From the NCBI GenBank assembly GCA_051294375.1, contig CM119266.1:683682-747681 (forward strand): a stretch of 64,000 nucleotides of DNA, in the 5' to 3' direction. The DNA is from Paraspadella gotoi. Its lineage: Eukaryota > Animalia > Chaetognatha. Positions 14,497 to 28,118 of this stretch are shown in pieces. The stretch's first letter is position 1, and each line of letters opens with the position of its first letter. Made by a program: the position numbers and the translations under genes. The notes beneath the pieces were generated by a model. The model did not search any database and was not told the DNA's origin. It worked only from the letters and a program-made list of their open reading frames with translations.

Positions 14497-14612
14497 AAAA
14501 GGATTAAAGTGAGAAAGAGAATAAAAGGATTAAAGTGAGAAAGAGAATTAAAGGTTTAAAGTGAGAAAGAGAATAAAAGGAATAAAGTGAGAAAGAGAAT
14601 AAAAGGATTAAA
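14497..14612. repeat. 26-bp tandem repeat, same family as 3252-3500
   Basis: About 4 copies of aaaaggattaaagtgagaaagagaat. Confidence 0.9.
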
Positions 14613-15474
14613 GCGGCGGAAAGGAAAGAGGAAGAGAAGAGACACTGCCACGCCCACTGGGCGGGTGGGGAGAAAGAAGATGAAGCGAGAAAAGGAAAAA
14701 AGAGAAAGATGAAAAGGTTGAAGGGTGAATAAAGAAATGTAAGAAAAAAAAGGGGAAGAAAAGAGAATGAAAAGGAGGACGGGAAAGAAGAAAGATAAGG
14801 AAGAAAGGTAGGAATGATCGAGAAAGAAAAGTATGAATATTAAGAGGGACTGATAGTGATAAAGAGATAGACCGAAGCCAAAACGTCACACCCAATTTTG
14901 AGTTTTTCCAAAACCGAAGACGCTAGAAAGAAGTCATAACTCGTTTACGAAACCCGAATTCTCTGCGACTCGATATTCCGTTTATATATCATTTTGAATA
15001 AAAATTGAGTCAAAAGAATTACATAAGAAGCAAACTTATTTGTTATATCATATCCCGATAGTTAGTGGACTATCAAATCTGTAACTGTCTGGGTATAACA
15101 TGAATTTAATGAGCAGAGTCAAAGGGATTAATGATACTTTTATTTAAGGGAACATTTGTTTTAAAAAACGAATTCCCAAAGTAAAATATCTTGAGTCTCT
15201 TCCCACTGTTTTTTTTTCTTCGGGCTCTTAATTAAAACTCTCTCCCTCTCTCTCACTCTAAAACTTATTCTCGATGAACCTTACCCCTTTTAAAAATTCC
15301 ACTGAAGCGCCTCACCCTTTTATCTCGACCGGGCGAGGTCCGCGCCCGCGGGTGAGGCGCCTGACCTTACCCAGGCTGATTAATGGACCGAAANNNNNNN
15401 NNNNNNNNNNNNNNNNNNGAAAGAAGTTTTAGAGAGAAAAGACCTAAAAACACGAGAGAGAAGAGAGAGAGAAG

Positions 15475-17830
15475 TCACGAGGCGCGTCACGAGTCTGGAC
15501 GAGCACATCGTCACGAGTCACGACGGAAGAACATATCCAATTTCATAATATATCTTAATTTTAGCGGTTTGACTTTCGAATGGTTTCATCGGGAGGGATG
15601 AGGGAAAAAACTAAGGGAAAAGACGACCATCAGAGTCACGACGTCAAACGAGTCACGAGTCACGAGGTCACGTCACGAGTTCACGACGGTAAGAACATTA
15701 TTCAATTTCAAATATTCTTAATTTTAGCAGTTTGACTTTCGAATGGTTCATCGGGGGGGATGGAGAGGGGTAAAAAAACTAAGGGAAAAGACGACCCATC
15801 ACGAGTTCACGACGTCACGCAGTCACGGTCACGTAGTCACGTCACGCAGTCACGACGGAAGAACATATCCACCTATTCAAATTATTTCTTAATTTTAGCG
15901 TGACTTGTCGAATGGTCATCGGTAGGGATGATGGATAAAAACTTAAGAAAAGACGACCATCACGAGTGCAACGACGTCACGAGTCACGAGTACACAGTAC
16001 GATCACGAGTCACGACGGAAAGAACGATAATCCAATATTCAAATATTTTTAATTTTGCGTTTGACTTTAGATTCGAAGGTCATCGGGAGGATGAGGGAAA
16101 AACTAACGGGGAAAGACGACCATCACGAGTCACGACGGTCAGAGTCACCGAGTCACGAGTCACGTCACGCAGTTCACGTACGGAAGAAACATATCCAATT
16201 TTCAAATTAAATTTCTTAATTTTAGCGTTGACTTTCGAATGGCTTCGCAATCGAGCGGGAGAAGGGATGAGGAAAAACTGAAGAGAAGACGACCATTCAC
16301 GAGTCTACGAACGTCACGGCAGTCTACGAGTTCACGAGTCACGTCACGGAGAGAGTCCGCGGAAAAGTAACATTATCCAATTCAATATTTCTTAATTTTC
16401 AGCGTTTGACAATTGTCGAATGCGTTCATCGGGGAGGATGAGCGGGAAAAAACTAAGCGGAAAGACGACCATCACCGAGTCACGACGTCACGCAGTCACG
16501 AGTCACGAGTCACGTCACGAGTCACGCGGAGAGAACATATCCAATTTTTTCAAATATTTATTCTTAATTTTTTAGCGTTTGACTTTCGAATGGTTCATCG
16601 GGAGGGATGAGGGAAAAAACTAAGGAAGACGACCATCACGAGTCACGACGTCACGAGTCACGAGTTCACGTCACGAGCACGACGGAAGAACATATCCAAT
16701 TTCAAATAATTCTTAATGTTAGCGTTGTGAACTTGATCGAATGGGATTCGCTCGAGGGGGAGAGATAGAGGCGAAAAACGTGAGAAGGGAAAAGAACGAG
16801 ACCAGTCAGGAGATGCACGAGCGTCACGAGATCACGAGGCATGACGATCAGACGTCACGGAGTCACGATCGGAAGAACATATCCAATTTCAAAGATATAT
16901 CTTAATTTTTTAGGTTTTGATTGAGATCGAATGGTTCATCGGAGAGGGTATGCCGGAAAAACTTAAGGAGAAAGACGACCATCACGAGTCACGAACGTCA
17001 CGAGTCACGAGCACGCAGTCACGTCACTGTCACGACCGGGAAGAAGACATATCCAATTTCAAAATATATCTTAATTTAGCGTGTGTGACTTTCGAACATG
17101 GTTCTCGGGAGGATTCTGGGAAAAACTAAGGGAAAGACGACCATCACGAGTCACTCGACTCACGAGTCACGAGTGCAACTGAAGTCACGTCACGAGCTCA
17201 CGACGCGGAAAGAACATATCCGATATTCAGATATAATCTTAAATTTAGCGTTTGACTTTCGAATTGGTTCCATCGGGAGAGGGGAGAATGGCGGGAAAAA
17301 CTAAAGGGAAGGACGACCATCAGCGAGTCACGACGTGCAGCGAAGAGTCACGAAGTACGTTTCACGAGAAGTCACGACGGAAGTGAAACATATCCAATTT
17401 TCCAAGAGGTAATAATCTAATTTGGTTTGACTATCGAATGGTTTCATCTGGGAGGATGAGGGAAAAGACTAGGAGAAAGACGACCATCACGAGTCAACGA
17501 CGTCACGAGTACACGGAGTCACGAGTCACGTCACGATGTCACGCGGGAAGAAACATATCACAATTTCAAATATTTCTTTAATTTTAGCGTAATCTAGACT
17601 GTGATCGTATATGGTTCATCGGGATGGATGAGGGAAAAACTAAGGAAAACGGACGCATCACGATCACGACGTCACGAGGTCACGCGAAGTCACGAGTCAC
17701 GTCACCGAGTCGCGACGGAAGAGAACATATCCAATTTCAAATTATTTCTTAATTTAGCGTCTGACTTTCGAATGCCGGTTCATCGGGGAGGGATGAGGGA
17801 AAAACTAAGGGAGAAGACGACCATCACGAG
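15475..17830. repeat. Satellite, ~150-bp consensus unit, ~14 copies
   Basis: The gaacatatccaatttc anchor recurs 14 times (15529 to 17723). Each unit has an AT-rich part and an internal (gagtcac/gacgtcac) subrepeat. Confidence 0.93.
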
Positions 17831-19524
17831 TCGACCGACGTCAAAAGAAATTTAAAGAACAAATCAATTGGACGAGAGAAGAGAACGGACTTTGGGGGGA
17901 AAGGTTGGAAGCCAGAGAGAGGGATACGAAAGAGGAAGAGAAAAAAACGAGAAGCAAAAAAAAAAAAACAAGACAAAAAAACGAGAAGCAAGAAAGAAGC
18001 GAGCGAAGCCTCTTCGAGTCCATTAGGGCGTGCGAATCGTGTTAGGGTTGACGAAAAAAAGGGACGGCCTGGGATGTCGGGCCGTTTGCGTAACAAACCG
18101 CCGTGAAGATTAAATCGGGAAACATTTCGATGCGAAGAGCAAACAGCAAAAGCCAGGTGCAAGGCAAAGAATAAAGCATGCTCCCGCATTTGATCCGCCA
18201 ATTATTATGGTTAAGACATGCAGCCAGGGATTCTCAAGCTTTGCATGTCTACATTTAATACGGTCACATATAAAATTCGTGACGAAATGGAATTCACGAG
18301 GGAATGGTCATTCAGTCATAACAATGCAGTAAATCTTTGAATGTATTAGAGAGACGTGATACATCGAGAAATACATTATAGTATCAGTACTCACAAAAAA
18401 AAAGAAGCTTTTATTTTATATGTAAACATTCTGTTTTCAATTAGGACTTAAGCTCTGACGAAAAAAGTCAAAGGTTTTTTTTAAATATATTTTCTTTGAT
18501 TCCCGGTCAATGTAGAATGATGGCCAATATTGCCTATCTTTAAGTTTCAAAAAAAAATCCGGACCATAAATTACTAGAAATATTAACCAAAAATCTTCGG
18601 AATATCCACCCCCTTCTTGGAGATTTTCGCGCGCCATATAAGGATTTTTTTCGTCTGGACTGCCCGGTTGAAGACTCTTAGAATTCCGATCGCTGAGCAT
18701 CCTCTTTACTTTTACTTAAATAAAAATTTCCAGCAAAATGGGGACTAATTCACCTGTTAACATTATCGTGTATCATTGATAATAAAAATACCAAATAGAA
18801 ACTCGCTAAAAGAAAAATCTTTGAGAGCCCTTCAAGACATTTAATTTTTATGCGCTTAAGTTCGGGGGGGATTTTTTTTACCTCTTTGAATTCAAAGTTT
18901 ATTGTAAATATTGATACAACATCCATTAAAGCGTTGACATTGTTTATTGAAGTCGAGCAAGATCCCTTTATTTTATATATAAAAATTGCCGTCAAAAATA
19001 TTTTCCGCCGAGCGGGACAAGTCGATTGACATTGGAATGCGTTCTCGAGTGTCAAAATGATGGTTATTTGTCAAAGAGAAAAAAAATTTCGGCGAGCCCT
19101 CAGATCCATACAGGATCAGGAATCGAGTGTTATTTACATCTATTTTTTACCCGAATTTTTCCTCAGGGGCTATTGACATTATTTGTATGGTCAGATTTTA
19201 ATGAAAATCTCCATTGAAAAAGTCTTCCTCGATTCTCGTTAGAACGACGTAGGACTCTATTCAATCATTTTTTTAAATCGGTAAATAACAAAATTGTAAG
19301 GTTAAATGGGTAAGCCACATTTTTTAAAGATTAGTTTTTTCAATCTTGATTGTTAAAAAATTCTAGGTAAGAGTTAAAAACACGGTAAGGGATTAATTTA
19401 GAAGGGGAGAATTAATAACAATTAATCTTGTTACTCTGTCCGTCCAGTTCATGAGCAAAATCTTAAGTTTAATAGATGGGTAAAGAAATGTATGAGCTAC
19501 AAGTGAATCTATTTACTGAAATTT

Positions 19525-19806
19525 TGAAGGAGTTGCAGCCTAAAACTACTCGCAATACATATTGATTTATAAATTTAGATTGCAATCTTAAAACATCTTG
19601 TAAAATGAATAGAGAGACATTTTGATAACGCGTTCCAGTTATGAAGAATTCAGGGTTAAGTTTAAGAAATGTTCATTTTCTCAATGAATACAAGTTGAGA
19701 ATTTAAAATGTCTCTCTATACATTTTTCGATAGTTCACTAGATAAAAAATTCATAAAAAAATATCAGATAGGAGTGTGGCTTTTCGTTTGACCTGCAACT
19801 TCTTCA
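19525..19806. mobile_element. Fold-back / MITE-like nested inverted repeat
   Basis: Outer arms tgaaggagttgcag (19525-19538) and ctgcaacttcttca (19793-19806) match at 13/14 positions. Inner arms atagagagacatttt (19609-19623) and aaaatgtctctctat (19705-19719) are perfect. The arms are placed symmetrically. Confidence 0.5.
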
Positions 19807-22800
19807 GATAGCGGTTTCTTTTATTTTTATTATATTAGAAACCGATGTAATAAAATGACTTCGTAGAATGCCGATCAATGTTTTAAAGTAGATACATTTT
19901 CGGACATCTGGCAAGCTTCAGCCTTCTGAATTTCGTACTTCCATTTTGGCCTATTTTGAAGTTGAATTGAATGCACCCTTTTTCTTAAAAGCAAAACTCG
20001 AAAAATATAATACGAAGCAAATATGGGCATAACGATTAAAAGAAACGACAAAAAACTCGTTCAACTTTTCTCGTTTCAGGTCTGTCTTTCTCGTCGTGAG
20101 CGAGACGAAGCGTTAACAAACAAAAAGTCAAAAAGTTTATGAGAGAGAATGAGTCCTAAAGTGGATCGACCGGAAGTGACTTCGGGTTTAGGCGTTTCGA
20201 GGAGCATGGTCAAAATGAATGTAAGAGGGGAGGGGGGAAGGGGGAAAAGGATTTCGTGACGCCGTTTTTAGAGGGAAAGACAAAAAAGAAGGGAATTGGA
20301 AAGTCAAGAGTATACTTTGATTTCTGCGGGGAAAAATCTTTTATCGCGGATTTTTTGATTCTCGTTTTCCTTTCCGCTACAGATTCATTTCTCAAAAAAA
20401 GTCTTCTCCATTCAATGAAAAAACAATATTAAATATTATAGAAATGGCTTAATTTTTTTTTTTTGGAAATTTAAATTTTTAAAAAGTATTCTGATAAAAG
20501 TTCAGTATTACAAATTTTTAAAAAATTTAATTATAAATGGGTTTGAATTTAAAAACTTAACAATCATCGATCATTGGTGTGAATTTGGATAGTTTTGTTT
20601 TTTGTTTTTATTTATATGAAAGAATCTACCATAAATATTTTTTTAACATTATATAGGTATTTTGATAATACAAATAGCATCCATGTGTTTAACCTGATGA
20701 TATAATCTAAAGTGTGTTTTTTGTGCTCCCTTTTATCCATGGGATCTTTAATAAGACATGATTAACAACTATTTATTACCTGGACTTCTGTTAGTTTGTA
20801 ACCTGTTCGCGATAGGTCTTAGTGGAGCATTTACATTATAGCTATGGAAAGAAAGAAATAAAATGTATGAGAAGCTAAAATAAATTAGTTAATTAATTTA
20901 ATTAATTATTTATCTTTGATCAGGTTTAGGAACTTACCTCTTTATGTTCTGTGCGGCAGATCGGCATTGTTTCCAAATTTGTTTTTTGCTTTTTTCCTTT
21001 TTCTTGTGATTATTTGCCTTTCTTTTCTCTACTTCCTTGACTTTTCGCTTTCTAAGATTCTTTTTCTTCCTTCCTCTCTCTCTCTCCCTATCTCCTTTAT
21101 TTCTTTCTCAGATTATTTGTTCCTTTTCCTTGTCTCTCGTCCATACCCTTTCTCCTTTTTCCTTCTCCGTATTCTTTTGCACTTTCCTTTCATTACACCT
21201 CGCCTTTCACCTCTTTGGCGATTCTCTTCGATATACATTTTCTTACCTTTTTCTTCCTGTCCTCCTTTCTCACCTTTTTTTCCTTTCTCAGATTCTTATT
21301 TCCTTTCTTGCATATAACCTCGAGGCCTCTTCTCACCTTTGTGTGTTCATTTCTCCGAATCTATTTTCTTTCCTTTTTATTCTTCACCTTTTTTTCATTC
21401 TCTGTATTGCTTTTCCTTTCCTTTCATTCGATACCTCGCCTTTACACTTTTTTTCCTTCTCAATTCTGTTCCTTTACCTTTCCTTTTTCAATCCTCTCGT
21501 CCATTTCAACTCTTTTCGTGCCTTTCCCTACAGATTAACTTTATCACTATATTTACATCTCTTTTGCTTTCTCCCCTATCTTCTTTTTTTCTCTTATCCT
21601 CAATCCTATGTTAAAAGCCGCGTAAATCGAGTGTTCGATAATACTCGTCGCGCAAATCGAATCTCTGTTCCTCCAATTCGATTAATCCCTTATTTTTTAT
21701 CTCTAATACAAATAAGATAATTTCCTACTGTTTTAATTACCTGTTTTAAATTCAAAATATAATTTGAGTGTATTATTCATAAGCGGCGATTCAAAATTGT
21801 AAACGATGATATTATAATGTGATATTATGTTTAGTGTGTAACTTCGCAGAACGCTTTACATAAATTTATTTATATGATAATGAAAGTTAATTGGGTGAGA
21901 TAATAATTTTTTCATCATGTTTTTGATATAATTAAATTATTCACTCATTAATCATTATTCTCATTTTATTTATTAAACATTTTTTTATCTAAATCGACGT
22001 TACTACCGATTGATAAAGATTATTTTTTTTTATTAATAGTATATCTGTAGGTGTTGTATAAATACCTCAATTATAAAAGTTTGCCTTCAATTTTTCTAGT
22101 CTTAAAGAAGGGTCTACATTGTCTCAGGTAATCCATTATATTAAATGAATGAAAAGAGCTAAAATCTCGACTGACAGATTTATAAACAGAGGACCTGAAA
22201 AGAGACTAAATAGTCTACTTTCCACCTTCGTTCTCTCTTGAAACTTACCAAGAAAAGAAAATCTTAGTTGATCTTTCCCTAAATGATTTCAGTGATCACT
22301 CCATTTGTGTTTATAGTTTATGCGTGTTTAGATAGGTGAATCCATTCTAAGCACTAAATTACACATTTTTAGTTTTTGTAGTGCAAAGCTGAAATTGTTG
22401 GAATTAGATCTCATTTAAAAAAGTTTTGCAGACTGATAATTAATCATTTTTATATCCGCTTTAAAAAGTTATTCTTATAGAAGCAAAACTGTTAACCCGT
22501 GCTCGAACGCAGTACAGGGCGTATGGAGAGAATACGCATATACAAAAGACTTACCCACCTCTGGTTCGGTGGTCTCCATACCCTCAATAACATCTCTCTC
22601 TCCTCTACCCTGCTCATCTCCCTTTTGTTATAACCTAGTACTCATATTACCTTAAAAAATAATACACTATCTTTCTTTCACCTACTTACCTACTTTTTTT
22701 CCATGACTTAGAAGAAGCCATACCTATGGGGAAGGAACATTATACTCCGCAAAGCCTTTGTTTGAAAAAGTAACAAACGCCATTGGTGGACATTACCCCA

Positions 22801-24811
22801 TGACGTGCCTACAACATGGTCGTGGAGTTCCGAACCCCCACACTTTGCAATACTGGTAATGGATATGTTATCTCATCTCTATCAGGTAAGGCTCGAACTC
22901 TGCTCTAAGTAAGTATGTAATGGTAATAGAGAAACTAGTGATAAACCACAAGGGAAGCCAGCAAGAGCGATACCAAACGAAAGGGGGAGAGGGAAGAGGA
23001 GAAGTTTGTAGACCCTGAGACCTAGGATGAGTTGTTGTCATGCCGATTCTCCAAGACCCTGATCCGTGTCTCGGGGTTGAGGTGGAAGGGGACGACGAGA
23101 GGAGGAGGAGGCGGAGCTTGGAGGTATGGAAGAGAAGACCCGGGGGAGAGGAAGGTTATAATAAGGTATCAGAGGCAGCCATAATAACATTTGCAGGGTG
23201 ATGCTATGTTATTGATCTAGAGTGGATGGCGAGGCCCTTTAAACCACCAAAGATCCTGTCAATACAGTCCCATAAGTCCTGTCCAAAATTCACTGTGGCA
23301 CTCTGTGGGCAAGATAGCTATTTACTTAATTCTATATATCGTACTATATCCTTGACGGACATAGGCAGTGCCTCTCCATCCATCCGCCTACCGATCTCTC
23401 GATATTCTCGACTCGGTGCGCCCTAGTTCTATCGATGCGTGAGTTTGAGCCTGCGTTATGCTTCACTACTCAGATCATCCACTCAGTCCTACATGATCCC
23501 GCTCCTGAATTCTCTAGAGTTTCAGTTAGGCTCCACGACGAACAGGACATCATCACTCACCGTGACAACAACAACAGTGGACATATCCATCTACCAGCGT
23601 ATGAAGCGAGGATCTCTAGCAACAGACCACAGGAAAAAATCAAACAACGCTTGGTCCCACATGATAGTACGTAGATAAGGGCAAGATAGGCTTATTTATT
23701 AAATGAATAGAATCTGTGATAATTTTGTATTGGTGTGTACAATTTCATAATTTGAAATTTAAACAAAAAATTTCGATCTTCTTCTCTTTTCTCGATATAG
23801 AAACTTTTGTGAAAAATAAAGTTTTTACTAATTATAAATTTATTGTCATTGTTTAATAAACCATGCAAATCACGGATTCAATTTAAAAACAACAGGACTT
23901 GGACGGACAAAGAGTCAAATAGGGGGAGGCGTACTTTTCATGGGCGAAAAGTAAGCTTAAGAAAATAGAGTTTGTGCTATCGACTTGATTTTACTTTACA
24001 ATAAAAATTCATAAATTATTTAAATTTTTAGAAAATAAGAGATGTAGAGAAGATTGTCCGGCAACCTTGCATGTCGTCTTCATAAATTTACAGGCCCCTT
24101 TTGGCCGAAAATACTGTCGAATTATTTTAAATTGGAATTTTTTTTATTCTGCAAGTTTAAAAACAGATTTACATTCCTTTTGTCATTTAAGTTTTTTCGA
24201 TATGTCTCCCATCGTGCAGTCAAATAAAAGGTTAAAAAGCGTGGAAAACAAAGGGACTTTCAACGACTGGGTGGATGGCTTCGGTAGGGAAAGGTGAACT
24301 TTGGGGTGGGTTAGCGAAGTTGAAGAAGTGGCGTCTGAGTAGGTGAGGTGTTCGTGCCTCCGGGGCGAAGGTGAGGATAAATGGGTTAGGAATTCGGCGG
24401 CGACTGACCGACTCAAAGTTAATCTTCATATTTGAATCAGAAATCGAATTGGAAAGTTTTATTCATCATTTCGCCAAATAAAAAATTGTCGTTTTCGACA
24501 ATTTATTAATTAATTATATTTTCATGCGAAATATTTTATTTATATTATATATATATTTATATTATATTTTATTTTATTGGACATTATTTTTACTTTCATA
24601 ATTTAGACAAAAATGTTTCTTTTTGGTCGAAATTGTCGTTTCACGATGTTCGGAAAAGTACCTTTCTCAAAAACTCGATTTAAATATTTTTAAATCTTTT
24701 TTTCAAATATAACTAAATCTCGTTAAACAAAACTCAACTAAAAGTAAATCTCCAGTGAAAAGCACACACAGTGTCGGGATAGCGCTNNNNNNNNNNNNNN
24801 NNNNNNNNNNN

Positions 24812-24818
24812 TAGAGAG

Positions 24819-24894
<76 letters not shown>

Positions 24895-24929
24895 GCTATC
24901 CCGACACTGTGGAGTTTTTGTGTGTGTGT

Positions 24930-24976
<47 letters not shown>

Positions 24977-25043
24977 CGGGAAAGAAGCTATCCCGAACTG
25001 TGTGTGCTTTCACTGGAGATTTACTTTTAGTTGAGTTTTGTTT
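24812..25043 (-). repeat. Inverted copy of ~7000-7270 (and of 24725-24786) next to a 25-N gap
   Basis: gctatcccgacactgtg and ctttcactggagatttacttttagttgagttttgttta are reverse complements of the sequence before the gap. Confidence 0.85.
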
Positions 25044-27079
25044 AGACACAATGAAAATGGCGTACGTTACTGTTCCGTGCATAAAAAAATTCACTGTTCA
25101 TATTATTATATTTTTTAAATTTTTGAAACGTTATAGTTCATATGTCGATATCCAAAATATCAATGCAAATCTTTTTTGTTTTTAGATATGACCGAATATA
25201 GGTGAAAGATGATAAATTTTTTAAAAAAGTTACATATTCATATTTATTCCTAGAATTGTAATAGAAAAAAATTTAAAAAATAATATACAATAGTTGGTAT
25301 TTGTCTCAAATAAATGAAAAAAAACCTCATTTAAAAATTGATCGGGAAGTGGGTAACTAAGCTTACCAATGGCATCCTCCACGCCGATTGTCTCTCAAAT
25401 AATTTTTTTATTTAATACATTTGAAGGGAAAAAAGAAAATTCAGAATTCAGGTTGTATAAAGGGTACAGATAATCTGACTTACTGACATGAAAACCATGA
25501 CTTTTATATTTGTGAAATGGGGGCAGTAAGATATCTAAAAAATTTGATCATTAAGTCAGTCAATGAACCCTTTCTAATAGGCTATTACGAGAAATATTTT
25601 TCTTAATTAAATGGATATAAATAATAGAATTAAATTCCTTGCTATATTTAAAAGAAAATATCAATACAATTTAATACAATGATTCTTGCTTTGTCAATAT
25701 ATTGCCAGCTATATAATTTTTTAAAACTTTATTATGAAAACAAAGCAGTGGTCAAGCTTTTAGTTTGCAGTTAAAGATAATAAAAATGACATTTTTTTTC
25801 ACAGACAAGAAGTAGATGTCCAGACTGTTTATATCAAGCTGAAAACATTTTTGTATTATCATTTTTGATATTTAAAAAAACATTTATCAAGCTACAACAT
25901 AAATTTTGCTTGTTTTTTACTTTAACTTAAAATATAAGCAGTTTTATGGAATAAAGAAAATTTAATAATAATCAAATGTAATTCAGTCTTTCCTTTTCAA
26001 ATACAAAAGAAAAATAAAAAATTTCATATGCTTCATTAAATTTTAAAGCAAAAAACTGTTATACTTTTAACTCTTATTTAAACAAAAGCTGTGTAAAGAT
26101 TTATGGATTTAATTTAATAAAACTTTTTTAGAAAGGTGTCCCATGATTAGGGCTTTAATTTGATACCACACCCATCTTGCTAGCTCTTTTCTTTCAAAGT
26201 TATTTAAAAAAATAATTTTTTTCAAACTACGCAGTACAAATCTTGTTAAATAAAATTTTGACAAGCGGGGGTATTCACTTATTTTTATGATACAATACTT
26301 AATTTTAAAATAAAACTTGAAGAAAATTTTTTTGTCATTTTGAGACATATCACTTTCAGATGTACCATCGTATAATAATTTATTTATTTATTTCCCAAAA
26401 AAATCTAATTAAAAAAGTCGAAATTTTTTAAAATTGTTGAAAAAAAATTTCCTCCGACTATGCTCATTGAGATAATGGTTTTGCATAGAAAATCAAAATA
26501 TAAAAAAATAAAAAATCAGCCTCTAAAAAAATCGAAAGGCTAGAGGCTGATTTTTTAAAATTGCAAAATTTTTTTCCTAACTCGAAATCCATTATTCTCA
26601 ATTTCAAAATATTTTTTTTCCAAAATCATTCAATCAATTTTTTTATTAATTTAAAATGTTTTATGATGTTGTTTTTTTGAAAGAATTGAAAAAAGTGAAA
26701 AATATAGTAATTATATAAGGTTTTTGGAAATACCTCTAAAATATTAGATAATTAGACACAAGGGAGTAAGCAGAGAAAAACTTCCCATTCATAAAAAAAA
26801 TTGAAATGAATTTGTCATATGTTATTTAGATAATTGACTAATTACAACATATGATTCATATAAATTGAGGAAATGATGGGTAAAAAATATTCATCTTGTC
26901 TCGGTTAACTATTAAGTTATCGTTAAAGTTTGTTTTATAATATTAATATTTTTTGCATTTATAAACAATGGTCTAAAATTTTGTAAGCGTTTCGAGCTAT
27001 AATTGCTTCATCTTTTTACTATTTTTTGATTATTAGTTTTTGTTGATGTCAGAGTTATGTCTCTCTCTCTCTCTCTCTC

Positions 27080-27860
27080 CCTTTTATTTAAACCGAAATT
27101 CTTGGAGCCAAGAGGTCATCGCTCCCGGAGAATTTCTCATTGTCTCCTTATTCCCCTTTTTTCTCTTTTTTTCTCTTTCGTATGTTTAACTCTTTCTTTC
27201 GATCGGTCTATTAGTACAAAGATCGTATTGAACAAGGATATTCATTCTTTTTATTCTCAATATCTTCTTCTTTTTATTCGTACTACATTCTTTGACTTTG
27301 GTTCGTCTTTTTTCTTTTTCTTTTTCTTTTTCTTTTTCTTTTTGGACGCGTCCCGAGATTTCGGGTCACGTGATTTTGCTTTTGTTGACGTTGGCATGGA
27401 AACAACCGACATGCGTAGGCAAGAGCCAAAGCTGGGATGAGTGAAAGGGAAGAAGCATGGTGAGTTAGAGATAAGGATTGGGGAATCGAGAGTGTGGTGA
27501 TCAGTCAGAGGTGAATTATAGGTGATGGTGAAAAGTGAAGAGAGAAGGAAAAGGCATAAAGCAAAGGGAAAGATCGAAAAATAGAAAAGAAAGCAAAAGG
27601 AAAAAGCAAAATAAAAAAATAGAAGAGGGAATAAGGGCAACAGGGCAACAGGGCAAAAGGCTAAAATAGGAAAATAGGGAAAAGGGGAAGTCGAAAGGAG
27701 AGCGGGAAGGGACAAGCAGTTAAATCGCGAGCGAAACCTCGGGCTAAGGCCCAAGGGACGTCAGAGGACGACAGGCGGTGATGGCAAGTTATCAAAACCG
27801 ATGACAGGCGATGAAGGATGAGAAGATTTCATAGTCTAAACTTCTAGCGTTTGGCTCAAC
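27080..27860 (-). CDS. Putative spliced Lys-rich protein fragment of unknown function (duplicate at ~7280-8070)
   Basis: A pyrimidine tract plus CAG acceptor near 27432 leads into FGSCLRMSVVSMPTSTKAKSRDPKSRDASKKKKKKKKKKKKDEPK. A possible upstream exon reads MKSSHPSSPVIGFDNLPSPPVV. Frameshifts are present and no family is recognised. Confidence 0.3.
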
Positions 27861-28080
27861 TAAACCATGTCGGAAAAAAACCAAGCAGCTTGGCTAAGAG
27901 AAAGCTTTCTCGAAGCGACGAACTGCGTCGTGCCGCGTGTTGTGACTGTTGTTGACGGAGAGATAGGAAAATAGAGATGGAGACAGAGACAAAGATAGGG
28001 AGAGGGAGTCGATTCACGAGGAACACCGAAGGACGATCGTTTCTGACAAAATTTAGCGTTCTCCCTTTCTAACCGTCTCT

Positions 28081-28118
<38 letters not shown>

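Noticed and set aside
20916-21720. Long F/L/S-rich ORFs resembling membrane proteins (also 4954-5577 and 58998-59528)
   Set aside because: These are stop-poor polypyrimidine low-complexity sequences, open in several frames at once.
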